From contig CAWAKC010000009.1 in the NCBI GenBank assembly GCA_963782525.1, positions 176,727-240,726 on the forward strand: a stretch of 64,000 nucleotides of DNA, in the 5' to 3' direction. The notes below the pieces were generated by a model. The model was not told the origin of the DNA. It saw only the letters and a list, made by a program, of their open reading frames with translations, and did no database searches. The DNA comes from Candidatus Bathyarchaeota archaeon (GTDB lineage Archaea > Thermoproteota > Bathyarchaeia > Bathyarchaeales > Bathycorpusculaceae). Position 1 is the first letter of the stretch; every line of letters starts with the position of its first letter. The position numbers were made by a program, and so were the translations under genes. Positions 1 through 10,581 of the stretch are shown piece by piece.

Positions 1-1541
1 AGTATGTTTGGGGTTATGAATGCCGGTAGGCTTGGTCCGAGGCGAATATCCTTAATGCCCAAGTACAGCAGTGACAGCAAGATTGCAACGGCTTTTTGTT
101 CATACCAAGATATCACAAGTGAGAGCGGTAAATCGTTAATTTCTACATGGAACGCTTCTGCCAAGGCTTGAGCGATTTTCACGGCTGAATAAGCGTCGTT
201 GCATTGTCCGATGTCAAGTAATCGTGGGATGTCATCGATTGTTCCAAGTTCTTTGTCGAAGAAACGGAATTTTCCGCATGCCAAAGTCAAGATAATGGTG
301 TTGCTGGGTGCTTTTTCCACGAATTCGGTGTAGTAGCTGCGTCCGGGTTTTGCTCCGTCGCATCCGCCTACGAGGATGAATCGTTTAATGTGTCCGCTTT
401 TGACTGATTCAATAACTTTACCTGCTACGCTTAGAACCGCATTTCTGCCAAATCCAACTAAAACTGTTTTGCCTTCAACGTCCTCTGGGAAACCTGGTAA
501 TTCTAAAGCTTTCTTGATAACTGCAGAATAGTCTTTGCCTTCGATGTGTGGTACGCCTGGATAACCGACGGGTCCCGTTGTGAATATGTTGGCTTTGTAA
601 GTTTCGATTGGGCGTTGAATGCAATTGGTCGTCATGAGGATGGCTCCTGGGAACTGGGCGAATTCTTTCTGTTGGTTTTGCCATGCGGTTCCGTAGTGTC
701 CGTAGAAGTTGGGGTAGGCTTTGAGTTTTGGGTAGCCGTGGGTTGGGAGCATTTCGCCGTGTGTGTAGACGGTGATGCCTGTGCCTTGGGTTTGTTTTAG
801 TATGTTTTCTAAGTCGATTAAATCGTGTCCTGAAACGAGGATGGCTTTGCCTTTTTTATGTCCTAATGGTACTTTGGTTGGGACGGGGTGACCGTAGGTT
901 TCGGTGTTGCCTGCGTCGAGGAGTTCCATGGCGCGTATGTTGATTTCGCCGCATTTGAAAACTAAGCCAACAAAATCGTTTATGCCAAGTGACTTGTTGA
1001 ATTGAGCTACTAGTCCTTCGTGTATGAAGTCGAAGACCTTTTGGTCTTTTTTGCCGAGAAGGTAGGCATGATAAGAGTATGCTGCGACGCCTTTTAATCC
1101 GTAAGTTAAAAGCCACTGCAATCCGTGCAAGTCAGGGTCCAAGGTAGAATCTGAGTTTATCCCGTGCTGTTTGCCCTGTGCAATCAAGCCTTCAGTCGTA
1201 TTTGCTAACGGCAAATAATCAGTTTTAACATTAAGTTGTTTATGCAGTTTATCGTGTAGCTCAGCGGCTTTTCTTATGTAAGCGACTATGGCTTCGGGGT
1301 CAAAATTCACGTTTGTCAACGTAACGAAGAGTGCTTCAGCGGTGAAAACGCTTGTTTTCTCATCTTTTACTCCAGCTTTTTCCGCTTGGATAACGAGTTG
1401 GCTGAGTTCACGTAGTTTGTAAACTAACAGGTCTTGGAGGTTGGCGACGTCGGATGTTTTGCCACATACTCCTGCGATGGTGCAGCCTGTTCCTTTAGCT
1501 GTTTGTTCGCATTGGTAACAGAACATTTGGTTTTGACTCAT
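1..1541 (-). CDS. hcp: Hydroxylamine reductase / hybrid cluster protein (3' end runs off window)
   Basis: Not in ORF track because no stop lies in the window. Manual translation: MSQNQMFCYQCEQTAKGTGCTIAGVCGK...ILVSGHDL...YTHGEMLP...GGCDG...GQCND...SWYEQKAV. Same frame at both ends. Confidence 0.95.
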   Translation of the reverse strand, partial: MSQNQMFCYQCEQTAKGTGCTIAGVCGKTSDVANLQDLLVYKLRELSQLVIQAEKAGVKDEKTSVFTAEALFVTLTNVNFDPEAIVAYIRKAAELHDKLHKQLNVKTDYLPLANTTEGLIAQGKQHGINSDSTLDPDLHGLQWLLTYGLKGVAAYSYHAYLLGKKDQKVFDFIHEGLVAQFNKSLGINDFVGLVFKCGEINIRAMELLDAGNTETYGHPVPTKVPLGHKKGKAILVSGHDLIDLENILKQTQGTGITVYTHGEMLPTHGYPKLKAYPNFYGHYGTAWQNQQKEFAQFPGAILMTTNCIQRPIETYKANIFTTGPVGYPGVPHIEGKDYSAVIKKALELPGFPEDVEGKTVLVGFGRNAVLSVAGKVIESVKSGHIKRFILVGGCDGAKPGRSYYTEFVEKAPSNTIILTLACGKFRFFDKELGTIDDIPRLLDIGQCNDAYSAVKIAQALAEAFHVEINDLPLSLVISWYEQKAVAILLSLLYLGIKDIRLGPSLPAFITPNI

Positions 1542-1697
1542 AAGTATCACTCTATAAACATGATACAGCGTTTTTATTAAATAGATGTTGTCCCGAACAT
1601 CTAAGGGATTCTAGCCCGACTTCAATAAAAAGTGCGGATAAACTCGTGCGCTTTAGTTATATTGTACGTTTTAATTATTGTTCTAATAGGTCTTTTT

Positions 1698-2609
1698 ATG
1701 ATAACTGTAATTGGAGCAGGCAAAGTGGGAAGCGCAGCTGCCTTCGACATTTTGCGTTACAAAATAAGTGATGTTGTATTGATCGATACTAACGAAAAAG
1801 CGGCGAAGGGTGAAGCTTTAGATATGATGCAGGCTGCACCAGCCATCGAATTTGACGGCAAAATCCATGGAACAAGTGACTACAGCGAAATGGCTGGATC
1901 AGAGCTGGTTATTGTCACCGCTGGCTTAGGAAGAAGGCCAGATATGACTCGTTTTGACCTGATGAACACTAACGCACAAATTATAAAATCAATAGTTAAA
2001 GAGATTGTGAAGTATGCATCTAAGACTAAAATCATGATGGTGACTAACCCTGTTGACATAATGACGTACATTGCCGCTAAAGAAACGGGGATTCCTCGGT
2101 GCTGCCTCTTTGGCATGGGCAACATCTTAGACACTATGCGTTTTAGAACCTACCTCGCCAATGAACTGGATGTTTCGCGTGAGGACACACGAGCTTTGGT
2201 TATTGGAGAGCATGGCGACTCAATGGTGCCGCTTGTTGAATTCGCTTCTGTATCAGGTATACCTGTAACAAGTCTGTTATCTGAAGAGCAGCTTGACAAA
2301 ATAGTTCATGCAACCGTAACTTCCGGCGCCGACGTCATTCAGCTTAAAGGCAGCACAGTTTATGCTCCAGGCATGGTGATTGCGATAATGGCTGATGCGA
2401 TTTTGACGGGACGCAACCGTGTGATGAGTGTATCCACAATGCTTGACGGAGAATACGGTGCATCAGGATTATCAATTGGGGTACCTGTAGTTCTGGGGAA
2501 AGAAGGGGTTGAAAAAATAATTGAACTCGAATTATCCGATAAAACAAAGGAGCGGTTTGCCAAATCGGTTGCTATCTTAAAAGAAGCGATAGCTGCTTTG
2601 AAGGATTAA
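1698..2609 (+). CDS. mdh: Malate dehydrogenase (LDH-like)
   Basis: VIGAGKVG Rossmann motif, TAG..RRPDMTRFDL, NPVD, LDTMR, GEHGD. ATG at 1698 is preferred over 1632. Confidence 0.9.
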   Translation: MITVIGAGKVGSAAAFDILRYKISDVVLIDTNEKAAKGEALDMMQAAPAIEFDGKIHGTSDYSEMAGSELVIVTAGLGRRPDMTRFDLMNTNAQIIKSIVKEIVKYASKTKIMMVTNPVDIMTYIAAKETGIPRCCLFGMGNILDTMRFRTYLANELDVSREDTRALVIGEHGDSMVPLVEFASVSGIPVTSLLSEEQLDKIVHATVTSGADVIQLKGSTVYAPGMVIAIMADAILTGRNRVMSVSTMLDGEYGASGLSIGVPVVLGKEGVEKIIELELSDKTKERFAKSVAILKEAIAALKD

Positions 2610-2622
2610 AAGGGAGAAAAAA

Positions 2623-2847
2623 TTAAATTATTGCCTTCATTTTGGCGCAGTAAAAATTTCCGTTTTGCCTAACGAACGCTGGGCATTTTCCGTCGTAGCA
2701 GTTTTTTAGCCATTGACATGGTGCCCGAATCTCATTCACCCTGGGCATGTAGGAGCGTGAGTTAAAAGTTTGTTGAGGGGTTGCTCGTTTAGAAATTTGT
2801 TCCATTAGAGTTTGCATTCCACTTTCCATTTTCAAAAACACCTTCAA
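2623..2847 (-). CDS. Small hypothetical protein with C-terminal 4-Cys cluster
   Basis: ORF fills the gap between mdh and pyrB; C-x5-C-x4-C-x11-C at the C-terminus. Confidence 0.45.
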   Translation of the reverse strand: MKVFLKMESGMQTLMEQISKRATPQQTFNSRSYMPRVNEIRAPCQWLKNCYDGKCPAFVRQNGNFYCAKMKAII

Positions 2848-2990
2848 GTTGCTTCCTGAATTGAAATACTATTGCTCGGGTCTGATTAATTAAAACTTGT
2901 TGCAAACGTTGTACAACAACAAAAGCATATAAGCACTAACAAGGAGCAAGAAAAAAAAAGCCGAACTAAGGCATACAAAGTGTTATTTAG

Positions 2991-3944
<954 letters not shown>

Positions 3945-3945
3945 A

Positions 3946-6162
3946 TTAAGTTGATGTAAAGCGGTCAAACGTCGTCAATGTGCTCATAGAGCCGCATGAG
4001 GGGCATTTATGCAGTGTTCCAAAAAAGTTTTTCTTGCAGTTGTCGCAGAAGCTGATTAGGCGGTTGTAAGTGAAGAATTCTATGGCTGAATTTTCCATTA
4101 GGCGCATTGTTAGGTTCATTAGGGCTTCGGGCGTGTATTCTGCTCCTTCGAGTTCAATGATGCTGAGGTTTCCGCCAGCGTTTAGTCCCTTCATTTTTTG
4201 GGCAGTTTCAAGCTGCTCGGTCTGAATGCTAAGAAGCTCAGCGGCTTTCACTTGGAAACGTTTAGCAGTTGAGTAATATGGTTTTTCTCTTGTTCCTGAA
4301 AACTTGACTTGGGCAACTCCGTACCTTTCAACGTCCAACTGCGCGAGCCGTTCAGATGCTTCGGGGCTACCTAGGATGACTGGGTAGAGGCGTTTTCCGT
4401 ATTTTCTGCCGATTTTCTGTTTAAAAGCCAAAAGAGTCTGGATTGTTTCTTCAGCGAATTTGCGGCTCTCTTCTGAGTTAATGGGTTTTCCGGTGAAGGC
4501 TTCGGTGGCTTCTCGGAACCCTGCTAAATTGATTAGACGGGAACAGTTTTCTATTCTAAAGTAGGTATCGCGGTCAGCTTTTTGCAGCAGAAACGGCAGG
4601 GAATTTTTCCCGAATTGCCTAAGAGCATTGTTCTTTATTCCCAATGCTCGTGCTGCAAGTTCGAAGCGTTCGCGCATTAAATCGAAGAATTTGTTTTTAT
4701 CTTTCTCGCATTCAAGCACAATCCGTGGCAGATTAATCGTAACGGAACCTAAACTGCCAGTGCGTAATGTGTCGGTTTCCCAGTCGCCCGTTAAATCGGG
4801 AGCGAATTTTACGCCTGAAGAAGAGAAAGCCACGTTTTCATTTTCTTTTTTAGTCATGTTAGCAAAATAGGGAATCCCGTCTTTTGCCGCTAATTGGTGA
4901 GCTTTAAGAAGGATTGCTTTGGCGTTTTCGTCAGCCAACGCTGCACTGTTGATTTTTATCACCACTTTTGGGCTAAGCAGCGGCTTGTTGATGCTTTCTT
5001 CAGCAAAAACGTCCACGATAATTGAGGCTACAAGCTGGCTTTCCTGTACGTAGTCGCCGTATTTGCCCTTTGGTTTGCCTTCTGGACCTATGGCTTCTTT
5101 TTCCACAGTTAATTTTGGAGTCGAAAGCTCCAGTCCCAACGTGGCTTCTGCGTGTTGGTTGAGGTTTTTTATGAATAAACGCAGGTTTTCTTTGATCTTT
5201 GCAACTTCGTTGCCTCTTACGTAGGGTGCGAGGAACACGTTGAAGTAGTTGAAGGTTTGAGTGCGGTTGGTTTCTTCGCTGGCATGCAAAATAACGTTAA
5301 ACGCTATTGATAAGGCGGATTTTAGGTTGCTTGGCGGATCCATGGCGACTTGGAGGGGATTGTCAAGTTTCACGCCGTGTTGGAAGAAATAACGTAGGTC
5401 ATGGATTACTTCGTTTGGTTTCAGTATCCAGGTGCCTAGTCCTTCAATGTGGATCGCTCCTGACAAATGTGCATCCGCGATATCCCTTGGAAAAACGTTC
5501 AGTAACGTATATTCGCCAAGGACGCTTTGGCCTGCCTTGCTGATTGTTGCTTGGGCGTCTTGAGCAGCATCTTTTGACTCGATAAGAGCAGTGACTTCGT
5601 GGATGGGCATGCCCACGCGGGTAAGTTTGTTGCGGTAATCCTCGTAGCCCTTTTCCACCAAAATACCGTTGACAACTTCCCTGATAAGTGATGCAGTGAG
5701 GTATTTGGTTTTTGATTTTACTAGTCGTTTCTCAGCTTCCTTTGCTGCCTTTTGCGCGAGTTCTGGTGGAACCTTGGCCTCTTTAATTAGTGAATTCGCA
5801 ATTTTGTTAACATCAAACTCTTCTAAAGTCAAATGCGAGGTCCGAACAAGCATGCCGCGCGGTTTAACGGCTTTCTTCTCCACGCGGTCAGCCACGTCCA
5901 AAACCATTTTGCCAAGGTCAGTTAAGAAATATTTTTTTGCCTCCACATCTGCCTCAACCAAATCCGCTTTTAGAAGGAATTTTAGGTGGTAGGCAAACCT
6001 GCCTGCGTCTCGGCTGGGGTTCATTTTAAGTTGGTTCATAAGTTCAGTGTAGGAGAGGGCGCTGCTGTCGAAGAGCAAATTGAGGATTTGCAGCCTAAGC
6101 GGTGAAGAAACGGCTTTGAGCACTTTGACGCCGCGTGCACGATGCGGAGGCTGATTAACCAT
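3946..6162 (-). CDS. ArsR-type wHTH + ATP-cone + inactive anaerobic ribonucleoside-triphosphate reductase (NrdD-like) fusion
   Basis: N-terminal SSPLRLQILNLL...AYHLKFLLKADLV wHTH; ATP cone VRTS...EEFDVNKIANSLIKE...IREVV; NrdD-like ADAHLSGAIHI, HDLRYF, FNVFLAPY, TINLPRI and a C-terminal CDNC/CPSC Zn ribbon. Catalytic Cys and the glycyl-radical Gly are absent. Confidence 0.85.
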   Translation of the reverse strand: MVNQPPHRARGVKVLKAVSSPLRLQILNLLFDSSALSYTELMNQLKMNPSRDAGRFAYHLKFLLKADLVEADVEAKKYFLTDLGKMVLDVADRVEKKAVKPRGMLVRTSHLTLEEFDVNKIANSLIKEAKVPPELAQKAAKEAEKRLVKSKTKYLTASLIREVVNGILVEKGYEDYRNKLTRVGMPIHEVTALIESKDAAQDAQATISKAGQSVLGEYTLLNVFPRDIADAHLSGAIHIEGLGTWILKPNEVIHDLRYFFQHGVKLDNPLQVAMDPPSNLKSALSIAFNVILHASEETNRTQTFNYFNVFLAPYVRGNEVAKIKENLRLFIKNLNQHAEATLGLELSTPKLTVEKEAIGPEGKPKGKYGDYVQESQLVASIIVDVFAEESINKPLLSPKVVIKINSAALADENAKAILLKAHQLAAKDGIPYFANMTKKENENVAFSSSGVKFAPDLTGDWETDTLRTGSLGSVTINLPRIVLECEKDKNKFFDLMRERFELAARALGIKNNALRQFGKNSLPFLLQKADRDTYFRIENCSRLINLAGFREATEAFTGKPINSEESRKFAEETIQTLLAFKQKIGRKYGKRLYPVILGSPEASERLAQLDVERYGVAQVKFSGTREKPYYSTAKRFQVKAAELLSIQTEQLETAQKMKGLNAGGNLSIIELEGAEYTPEALMNLTMRLMENSAIEFFTYNRLISFCDNCKKNFFGTLHKCPSCGSMSTLTTFDRFTST

Positions 6163-6269
6163 ACCTTAAACTCTCCTGAACTCCTCAAACTTTGGGGTTT
6201 ACCTATTATTCCACTGGAGAGTTTAAACTTAACTAAAAAAAGCGGTTGCTGCTTTGGGGTGTTTAACGC

Positions 6270-7319
6270 TTAGACACGGCATGGCTGCTGTTGAGATATG
6301 CAGTGTATCGTGCCAAACCCGTAGACTAAATCCACGCAGCGAATCCCCACCACTTTTCGTGTTGGAAAAAGTTCCTGCAGAATAGCCAGTGCTTTGGCAT
6401 CGTTTTTATGGTCAAAAATTGGCACCAACACTTTTTGGTTGCCTATGTAAAAGTTCGTGTAACTCGCAGGCAGCCGTTCATCTTCGTCACTGACAACTTT
6501 GGGCATGGGCAACTTTACAATTTTGAGTTTTTCGCCGTCTTGGTCAACTGCTTGACAGAGAATGTCATAGTTTTCTTTGAGGGCATCGTAATCGACGTCG
6601 TTTTGGTCGTCCTGATAAGCGCAAACAATGGTGGTTGGGTTTACGAACCTGGCTAAGTCGTCTATGTGTCCGTCGGTGTCGTCTCCGAGGATGCCACATT
6701 TCAACCAGATAAAATGGTTTACGCCAAGATAGTCTGCGAGGTATTTTTCGATTTGTTGCCTGTCAAGGTCGGGGTTTCGATTCTTGTTTAGAAGACACTG
6801 CGCTGTCGTAAGTAGGGTTCCTTTTCCGTTAACATCTATAGAGCCTCCTTCCAAAACTATGCCAGGTTTAAAACAGCGCATAGACATTTTTTGGTTAATT
6901 ACATCGGGAATTTGCCTGTCTTTTAGCAGGGTTTCATATTTTTCTCCCCATGAGTTAAAGTCCCAATGAATCATCGCAAGTTCATGATTTTGGTTCTTGA
7001 CAAATACTGGCCCATAATCCCTAAACCATACATCGGCGTAGTCGGAAACGTAAAAGTGGATTTTTTCCAAGTTGATGTTTTCAGCTTTAAACATCCTTGT
7101 TGCTTTCTGTTTGGTGAGCTCATCGATGACGAAGAGGTTTACTTCTTCGCTTTCATGAATCTCCTTAACAATTTGGACATAAGTAGCTTCCACGCGTTCT
7201 ACTCTGTCGGGGAAAGTGGTTGGGTCATAGGGCCATGCAAGCCAGATTGCATCGTGTTTTTCCCACTCAGCAGGCATACAAAAGCCCTGTTCACGGCAAC
7301 TCCGCTCGGAACTACTCAT
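6270..7319 (-). CDS. aguA: Agmatine deiminase
   Basis: MPAEWEKH, WFRDYGP, LEGGSID, DTDGHID, GTIHCISQQQP. Confidence 0.95.
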   Translation of the reverse strand: MSSSERSCREQGFCMPAEWEKHDAIWLAWPYDPTTFPDRVERVEATYVQIVKEIHESEEVNLFVIDELTKQKATRMFKAENINLEKIHFYVSDYADVWFRDYGPVFVKNQNHELAMIHWDFNSWGEKYETLLKDRQIPDVINQKMSMRCFKPGIVLEGGSIDVNGKGTLLTTAQCLLNKNRNPDLDRQQIEKYLADYLGVNHFIWLKCGILGDDTDGHIDDLARFVNPTTIVCAYQDDQNDVDYDALKENYDILCQAVDQDGEKLKIVKLPMPKVVSDEDERLPASYTNFYIGNQKVLVPIFDHKNDAKALAILQELFPTRKVVGIRCVDLVYGFGTIHCISQQQPCRV

Positions 7320-8189
7320 CTTCCGCACCCTTCTTGATGTCTCTTACAAGCCGCTGATAGGTATCTGGGCGCCTGTTACGAAGGAACCCCCAGCCATCCT
7401 GGATTTTCTTGTTTTTGATTAGGTCGATTTTGGCAACCACGACTTCTTCTTTTGTGGTGCTGGCTTCGTTTAGGACTTTGCCGAAGGAATCGCATACAAA
7501 TGAGCCGCCCCAAAACTCTAGCTCTCCTTCTTCGCCAACACGGTTAACTGCTGCAACATGGATTCCGTTTGTGATGGCGTGTGCACGCTGGACAGTTCGC
7601 CAAGCGTCATGCCAGTCGCCGTCCGCCGAAGTGTACCCTTTAACGTAGCCAATTGCGGTGGGATAAAATATTATTTCTGCACCTTCCAACGCGTTGATTC
7701 GGGCGGGCTCGGGGAACCATTGGTCATAACAGATAAGCACCCCAATGCGTGCAAACGGTGTCTCAAAAACCCCATAGTCCAAGTCGCCTGCCTCAAAATA
7801 GTCTTTTTCATAGAAGTAAGGGTCGTATGGAATGTGTGCTTTACGATAACAGCCCAATATTTCGCCGTTTGAACCGACTACGACTGCTGTATTGTAGAAT
7901 TTGCCGTTTTTGGCTTTCTCAAACAAAGGTGCGATGATGACTATTTTGTGTTTTTTTGCTAATTTAGAAAATAAGTTTGTAGATTCTCCAGGAATCAATT
8001 CCGCTAAAGCCGAAAAATCCTTCTTTTCTTCTTGTGGAAAATATGTTGTTCTGTAAAGTTCTTGGAGGCAGATGATTTGGGCGCCTTTTTGTGCGGCTTC
8101 CTCAATTTTTTGGGCGGTTTTCGCCATGTTCTCGGCTATATTTTCTGAAACAGATGTTTGGATAAGCCCAACGGTAACTATTTTATCAT
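7312..8189 (-). CDS. aguB: N-carbamoylputrescine amidase (carbon-nitrogen hydrolase); start uncertain
   Basis: CLQEL, YRKAHIP, ICYDQWFPE, GWGFLRNRRPDTY; coupled to aguA. The conserved first strand IVTVGLIQ lies upstream of the ORF-track ATG at 8127. Confidence 0.88.
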
Positions 8190-8459
8190 TCTTTAATTTG
8201 GTAATTTTTGGATTTGTTTTGGAAGCCTTTATTTGATTTCCTTCCTTGTTTTCAACTAATTTATATCCTGTTCGTATTAACTTTTTTGAAAAATATAAGC
8301 AAACCTACCTGAAAAAATAAAATAAAACCAGCACACAACATAGTTTTTCGGTCTTGCACAAGGCACATACATGGAAAAAACTCTTTTTGGGTTGATGGCA
8401 ACGAAACTATTTATTAAGACAATGCGGTGACAATACATAGTTTATCGGGGCCAAATAAC

Positions 8460-9899
8460 ATGAAAATATTCATCGTTCAATTTCCCTTCGGCGTAGCAGC
8501 CTTCGACGAAAACAACGGCTTAGTAGAAAAAGCATTGTTTCCAAAAAATGCGCAAGCTGCAGCTAAAAGCCTGCTTAAAACTGAGTCTGGAAAATTATCC
8601 GACCAGGTCTCCTCATTAATTTCACTTTTAGCAAGCGTAGGTTATGACACTTTTGCTTTTGAATCCGGCAAGTTGGCAGAGGAAGCCCAAAAGAAAATGA
8701 AAGTTGCCGTCGAAGTCGCTAAGCCAGCGGAAACTGCAGTTTTACATTCACGTATGGGTGAAGTAGCAATCGAAGCAGGCTTTGCCAAAGACGAACAAGA
8801 ACTAAGCATATGGACGCGCAGCGTCAGTTTGGAACTTGCAAAACTAAGAATCAAAAGTGCCACCGGGAAACGAGATTTAATCGTTGCCCAAGGCATCCAA
8901 ACCCTCGACAGTCTAGACCAAACCGTTAACCTCTTCATGGGAAGACTCCGAGAATGGTATGGCGTCTACTTTCCAGAACTTGACCGCTTAATCGAGAAAC
9001 ACGAAACTTACTCAAGGCTTGTCGTGAACTTGGGCGACAGAGAAAACTTTACTGTTGAGAATTTAGAAAGAGAAAACATTCCAAAAGAACGGACCCAACT
9101 TGTTGCGAAAGCAGCTGAATCATCTATGGGCGCCGACGTCGCTGAAGCCGATTTGGAAATGGTGCAAGCCTTAGCCAAGGATGTCCTTAACTTCTATTTG
9201 CTACGCAAAACCATGGAAGACTATGTTGACAACACCATGGAGGAGCTAGCACCTAACGTGCGAGCTGTTGCAGGAGCTCTTTTGGGTGCACGCTTGATCG
9301 CCATGGCAGGTAGCCTACAGAACTTGGCGATGAGACCCGCAAGCACTATACAAGTTATAGGCGCAGAAAAAGCTCTCTTCCGAAGCCTAAAAACAGGCGC
9401 TCGACCACCCAAACACGGCTTAATCTTCCAACACACACTTTTGCACGATGCAAAGAGGTGGCAACGTGGAAAAATCGCAAGAGTCATTGCAGGCAAACTC
9501 GCTATAGCCGCAAGAGCCGACGCTTTCGGAGCAGGCCACTACATCGGAGACAAACTAAAAGCAGACATCAACAAACGTATAGAAGAAATCCAAGTTAAAT
9601 ACAAAGAACCGCCAGCGCCCAAGGAAGCTAAACCACGTCCCGAAGGAGCAGCAGGATTTGAACGCCGAGAACAACACCCTCCACGAAGAGATGACCGCGG
9701 GGGATTCAGGGGCGGCGGCAAAAACTTTGGTGGCGGCGATCGAGGTCCAAGACCACCACATCGCGGAGGTGGCGGTGGAGGCGGAGGACGCAACTTTAGT
9801 TACGGCGGCGGACGAGACAGGGGAGATCGACGAGGCGGCGGCAGCGGTGGAAGCGGCGGTCAAAACCGGGGACCAGACAGACGTGCACCTCAAAGTTAA
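8460..9899 (+). CDS. nop5: Box C/D sRNP protein Nop5 (Nop56/58) with Gly/Arg-rich C-terminal tail
   Basis: LREWYGVYFPEL, PASTIQVIGAEKALF, PPKHGLIFQH, RGKIAR; immediately upstream of fibrillarin. Confidence 0.96.
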   Translation: MKIFIVQFPFGVAAFDENNGLVEKALFPKNAQAAAKSLLKTESGKLSDQVSSLISLLASVGYDTFAFESGKLAEEAQKKMKVAVEVAKPAETAVLHSRMGEVAIEAGFAKDEQELSIWTRSVSLELAKLRIKSATGKRDLIVAQGIQTLDSLDQTVNLFMGRLREWYGVYFPELDRLIEKHETYSRLVVNLGDRENFTVENLERENIPKERTQLVAKAAESSMGADVAEADLEMVQALAKDVLNFYLLRKTMEDYVDNTMEELAPNVRAVAGALLGARLIAMAGSLQNLAMRPASTIQVIGAEKALFRSLKTGARPPKHGLIFQHTLLHDAKRWQRGKIARVIAGKLAIAARADAFGAGHYIGDKLKADINKRIEEIQVKYKEPPAPKEAKPRPEGAAGFERREQHPPRRDDRGGFRGGGKNFGGGDRGPRPPHRGGGGGGGGRNFSYGGGRDRGDRRGGGSGGSGGQNRGPDRRAPQS

Positions 9900-10581
9900 A
9901 CCGCACCCAAAATTCAAAGAAATCTACCAAGTAATGCTGGAAGACGGCGCACAACGCCTCGCCACAAAAAACTTGACCCCTGGATTGAGGGTTTATGGTG
10001 AGCGGCTTTTCAAATTCAAATATGTTGAGTACCGTGTTTGGGATGCTTTCCGCAGCAAACTTGCAGGAGCTATCATTAAAGGCGTGCAAAACGTGCCCAT
10101 CGAGCCTGGTTTTAAAATTCTTTATTTGGGTGCAGCTTCAGGAACCACGCCAAGCCACGTCTCAGACATCGTCGGCGACACTGGACACGTTTACTGCGTA
10201 GAATTCGCCCAGCGTTCACTTCGGGATTTAGTCAACAACGTCGCTGCTTACCGAACCAACATTTCACCTATGCTTGAAGATGCACGAATGCCCGAACGAT
10301 ACGCCATGTTCATCTCAGGCAAAGTCGACACAATCTACTGCGACGTAGCACAACCCGAACAAGCAAAACTCCTCGCAGACAACGCAGACGTCTTCCTAAA
10401 ACCCAACGGCTGGGTCATGCTGGCATGCAAATCACAAAGCATCGACGTAACCATGGACCCCAACGCAGTCTACCGCCAAGAAGCAAACATCCTAAGAAAC
10501 AGAGGCTTTGACATAAAAGAAATCGTAGACCTAGAACCCTACGACAAAGCACACGCCATGATAGTAGCACAACACCTCTAA
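9883..10581 (+). CDS. flpA: Fibrillarin-like rRNA 2'-O-methyltransferase
   Basis: YRVWDAFRSKLA, ILYLGAASGTTPSHVSDIVG, DVAQPEQA, LEPYDKAH. Probable GTG start at 9883. Confidence 0.96.
   Translation: MHLKVKPHPKFKEIYQVMLEDGAQRLATKNLTPGLRVYGERLFKFKYVEYRVWDAFRSKLAGAIIKGVQNVPIEPGFKILYLGAASGTTPSHVSDIVGDTGHVYCVEFAQRSLRDLVNNVAAYRTNISPMLEDARMPERYAMFISGKVDTIYCDVAQPEQAKLLADNADVFLKPNGWVMLACKSQSIDVTMDPNAVYRQEANILRNRGFDIKEIVDLEPYDKAHAMIVAQHL

Noticed and set aside
475-1116. Short ORFs listed in the track at 475-1116 and the many antisense ORFs elsewhere
   Set aside because: They overlap hcp or other well-supported genes and are shadow ORFs with no recognisable motifs.
9658-9882. 75-aa acidic/Ala-rich N-terminal extension of fibrillarin
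   Set aside because: It is the alternative-frame reading of the GGC-rich Nop5 tail, which naturally lacks stops. Homology starts at about 9883.
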